Below, piece after piece: positions 61,358 to 64,000 of a DNA stretch of 64,000 nucleotides. This stretch comes from an uncultured Alphaproteobacteria bacterium. Its GTDB lineage: Bacteria > Pseudomonadota > Alphaproteobacteria > Puniceispirillales > Puniceispirillaceae. Numbering within the stretch: position 1 is the first letter of the stretch; every line of letters begins with the position of its first letter. The DNA lies in contig CALLKZ010000019.1 in NCBI GenBank assembly GCA_938082345.1, forward strand, positions 1,538 to 65,537. Direction: 5' to 3'. Made by a program: the position numbers and the translations under genes. The notes under the pieces were generated by a model. It was not told the DNA's origin and did not search any database. It worked only from the letters and a program-made list of their open reading frames with translations.

Positions 61358-62829
61358 GCCAGCGCTTCGGCAAGATGTGGCCGGTCAATTTGTGCTATCT
61401 GCTGTAAGTTCGCAATCGTTCGCGCCACCCGGATAACTTTGTGAAATCCGCGCGCTGACAGCGATTGTTTGTCGAGTGCCAACGTCAGCAACGCCCTTGC
61501 ATCGGCGCTCATATCATCGGCAGAGGGCGGCTTTTCCTCAGCCACAATTCCATCTGGGTTGCCTTTTATCTGAAGCTGGCCAAACTCGCGTGCCGCCGCA
61601 ACCCGGCCTGCTATTGATAATGTTGCCTCGCCTTCCTCCGGCGATAACAACAATTTCGCGCTGACTTCAGGGACCTCAATGATCAGATCAAACCGATCAA
61701 TCATCGGTCCTGAAATGCGTTCTGCATAGGCGCGTCCACACGCCGGTGCCCGCGCACAAGCACGCGCCGGATCACCAAGATGCCCGCACCGGCAGGGATT
61801 CATCGCGGCAATCAGCTGAAATTGTGCCGGATAGGTCACATGATGATTGGCCCGCGCAACAACAATCCTTCCTGTTTCCAAAGGTTGGCGAATGGCATCA
61901 AGGACAGATTTGGAGAACTCAGCCAGCTCGTCAAGAAACAGAACGCCGCAATGCGCCAATGAAATCTCGCCAGGCTTGGCGCGCATCCCGCCACCTACAA
62001 GGGCAGGCATTGACGCCGAATGATGCGGCTCTCGAAAGGGACGACTCTGGATCAGGCCGCCAGCCGATAATTGTCCAGCAACCGAATGCAACATTGTGAC
62101 CTCCAATGCCTCACGCGGCGTTAACGGCGGCAAAAGCCCAGGTAGGCGTGCCGCAAGCATGGATTTTCCTGCACCTGGCGGTCCAATCATCAACAAATTA
62201 TGCTTTCCTGCAGCAGCTATTTCCAGAACGCGGCGTGCGGTTTCTTGCCCTTTAAGATCACTCATATCCGGGGCGGTACTAGCGGCAGGCAGTAATTTGG
62301 GCTTGGGCGACGGCAAAAACTGCCCACCGCGAAGATGGTTCAACAATGAACCCAGATCCGGCGGTGCGATAATATTCAAATCCGTTGCCCATGCGGCTTC
62401 GGGACCACATTTCGCTGGACAAATAAAATTCTGACCGGCACCCACCGCCGCCATCGCAGCTGGCAGAGCGCCCGACACAGCTTCGATCCCGCCATGCAAG
62501 GATAACTCACCAAGAATCAGGTACCCATCAACGGCATCCGCCGGAACAGCCCCCATGGCAACCAGCAGTCCAAGCGCAATGGGAAGGTCGAAATGCGCAC
62601 CTTCTTTCAAAACATCGGCAGGCGAAAGATTAATCACAATACGTTTGGGAGGAAGCGCCAAGCCAATGGATGCTAACGCGGCGCGGACACGTTCCTTAGA
62701 CTCGCCAACAGCCTTGTCAGCAAGACCAACAATCGCCATCGACGGAAGGCCTTTGCCAATATGCACCTGAACCTCAACCGGAATAGTGTCGATGCCCCGA
62801 AAAGCCACGGTGCTGATTTTGGCGTGCAT
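61330..62829 (-). CDS. YifB/ComM-family Mg-chelatase-like AAA+ ATPase
   Basis: [61 protein letters not shown]. Confidence 0.95.
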   Translation of the reverse strand: MHAKISTVAFRGIDTIPVEVQVHIGKGLPSMAIVGLADKAVGESKERVRAALASIGLALPPKRIVINLSPADVLKEGAHFDLPIALGLLVAMGAVPADAVDGYLILGELSLHGGIEAVSGALPAAMAAVGAGQNFICPAKCGPEAAWATDLNIIAPPDLGSLLNHLRGGQFLPSPKPKLLPAASTAPDMSDLKGQETARRVLEIAAAGKHNLLMIGPPGAGKSMLAARLPGLLPPLTPREALEVTMLHSVAGQLSAGGLIQSRPFREPHHSASMPALVGGGMRAKPGEISLAHCGVLFLDELAEFSKSVLDAIRQPLETGRIVVARANHHVTYPAQFQLIAAMNPCRCGHLGDPARACARAPACGRAYAERISGPMIDRFDLIIEVPEVSAKLLLSPEEGEATLSIAGRVAAAREFGQLQIKGNPDGIVAEEKPPSADDMSADARALLTLALDKQSLSARGFHKVIRVARTIANLQQIAQIDRPHLAEALAYRSMPLLA

Positions 62830-63071
62830 AATAAATCATCCGATCCATCCAGCGCGCTATCGAACCAGCGCCCCTCTCGGCAGGGATGGACTCAAAAACG
62901 GGCAGAACATTCACCGCAGCACTCATTTGAGTGAAGCTATACCTTTGAATAGGGTATGATGGATACATGTAGGCGAGCCCGCAAGTATGTTAGATTTACC
63001 TAAAATACCGCACCGGTGGGATTAATTAACCTGTTGGAATCCCGACTAAATCAGCATTATCAAATTAGTAT

Positions 63072-63467
63072 TTAACTGGGGCTCACCATCCGGCCAACAG
63101 CCTCACCGCCGAGCACATGCATATGTAAGTGAGGGACTTCCTGATGACCATTCTGGCCAATGTTAGAAATCACCCGAAAGCCGGTTTCGGCAATACCAGT
63201 TATTTCAGCGACATGCGCAATCATCCGCATGAAAGCTATCTGTTCATCGGCTGAGGCTTTTGCGGCAAAATCCAACCAGTCCACATAAGGCCCTTTAGGA
63301 ATCACCAAAACATGTACAGCGCGCGCGGGGCTGATATCTTCAAAGGCCAGCGTATGGTCATCTTCAGCTATCTTTTTGCAGGGAATCTCGCCGCGCAAAA
63401 TACATGCAAACACATTGCTATTATCGTAGCGCACCGGCTCGCAGGATGATTTTTGAGGGGGCGTCAT
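63072..63467 (-). CDS. Histidine triad (HIT/HinT) nucleotide-binding protein
   Basis: YDNSNVFACILRGEIPC, HVLVIPK, QEVPHLHMHVLGG. Confidence 0.93.
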   Translation of the reverse strand: MTPPQKSSCEPVRYDNSNVFACILRGEIPCKKIAEDDHTLAFEDISPARAVHVLVIPKGPYVDWLDFAAKASADEQIAFMRMIAHVAEITGIAETGFRVISNIGQNGHQEVPHLHMHVLGGEAVGRMVSPS

Positions 63468-64000
63468 TTCAGCTCCTTATGATAATAAAACCCCTGAACA
63501 TACTGATTATCGACACGGGCATAAAAATCATTGGTGGCATAGCGTTTGAATCCACGTGCCTCAAAAGACTGAATAGCGCGAACTTGCGTCGATCGCACAT
63601 CCAGATTGATCATGGTGAATCCCTTGGATTTAGCCAACGCTTCGGCTTCGGCAACGATCATCTGGGCCAGACCATGACCGCGCGCCCATGGCGCTACAAA
63701 AAATGTTGTCAGCTGGCAGGTAAATCTCTGAGCTTCATTATTGCGTGGCGGACGCACGATCTGACAGCTTCCACTGACAACCTTATCCAAACGCGCCAAG
63801 ACAAGGTGGCGTTCGGGTACCATCTGCACACCGCGCCAGTAATCTTCCATGACCGAGCGTGGCGGCGGGGTTAGCCAGCCAAAACCACCACCAGCAAGAA
63901 TTGCATCTTCGGCGGCATCACATATCTGAGGCAAGTCACTTGGCGAGAGCCGCGACGGTGTTTCAACTGAAATTTTGGCGGCTCGTCCAACAAGCTTTTC
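63464..64000 (-). CDS. GNAT-family acetyltransferase; 5' end lies outside the window
   Basis: The frame stays open to 64000 (EKLVGRAAKISVETPSRLSPSDLPQIC...); FFVAPWARGHGLA, LDVRSTQ..AI..FE..GF motifs. Confidence 0.85.
   Translation of the reverse strand, partial: EKLVGRAAKISVETPSRLSPSDLPQICDAAEDAILAGGGFGWLTPPPRSVMEDYWRGVQMVPERHLVLARLDKVVSGSCQIVRPPRNNEAQRFTCQLTTFFVAPWARGHGLAQMIVAEAEALAKSKGFTMINLDVRSTQVRAIQSFEARGFKRYATNDFYARVDNQYVQGFYYHKELK

Noticed and set aside
62774-62968. 64-aa ORF and small hairpin (62939-62957) upstream of the YifB/ComM gene
   Set aside because: The ORF overlaps the comM start out of frame and has no family features; the hairpin is short and AT-rich.

Overview
This is a housekeeping region of an alphaproteobacterial chromosome. 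From overall protein character I infer a marine SAR116/Puniceispirillales-like organism. It carries the rimP-nusA-infB-rbfA-truB-rpsO-pnp operon, the tsaB-rimI-miaB-phoH-ybeY-corC-lnt-metK-trmB cluster, mutS-glnD-murJ-trpS-nfuA, malic enzyme, a ~13 kb nucleoside-salvage neighbourhood, hrcA/grpE-dnaK-dnaJ-dapB, rph-rdgB-hemW and lpoA/rsmI-yraN-dolP-gshB. I found no rRNA, tRNA, CRISPR array or mobile element. Four things stand out. (1) A two-gene insert splits hrcA from grpE. It encodes an acidic disordered protein whose C-terminal helices resemble PopZ and end in a histone-H1-like Lys/Ala tail, plus a membrane-anchored double zinc-ribbon protein resembling the PopZ-binding finger of ZitP. This is a candidate undescribed polar-scaffold module. 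(2) An uncharacterised 2OG-Fe(II) dioxygenase sits inside a hydrolytic nucleoside-salvage locus with no deoA/B/C/D genes in the window. (3) Short tandem micro-duplications are pervasive, and their periods are multiples of 3 inside genes but arbitrary in intergenic DNA. (4) yraN lacks an in-frame canonical start, suggesting a frameshift. All family assignments come from motif recognition by eye; no database searches were run.
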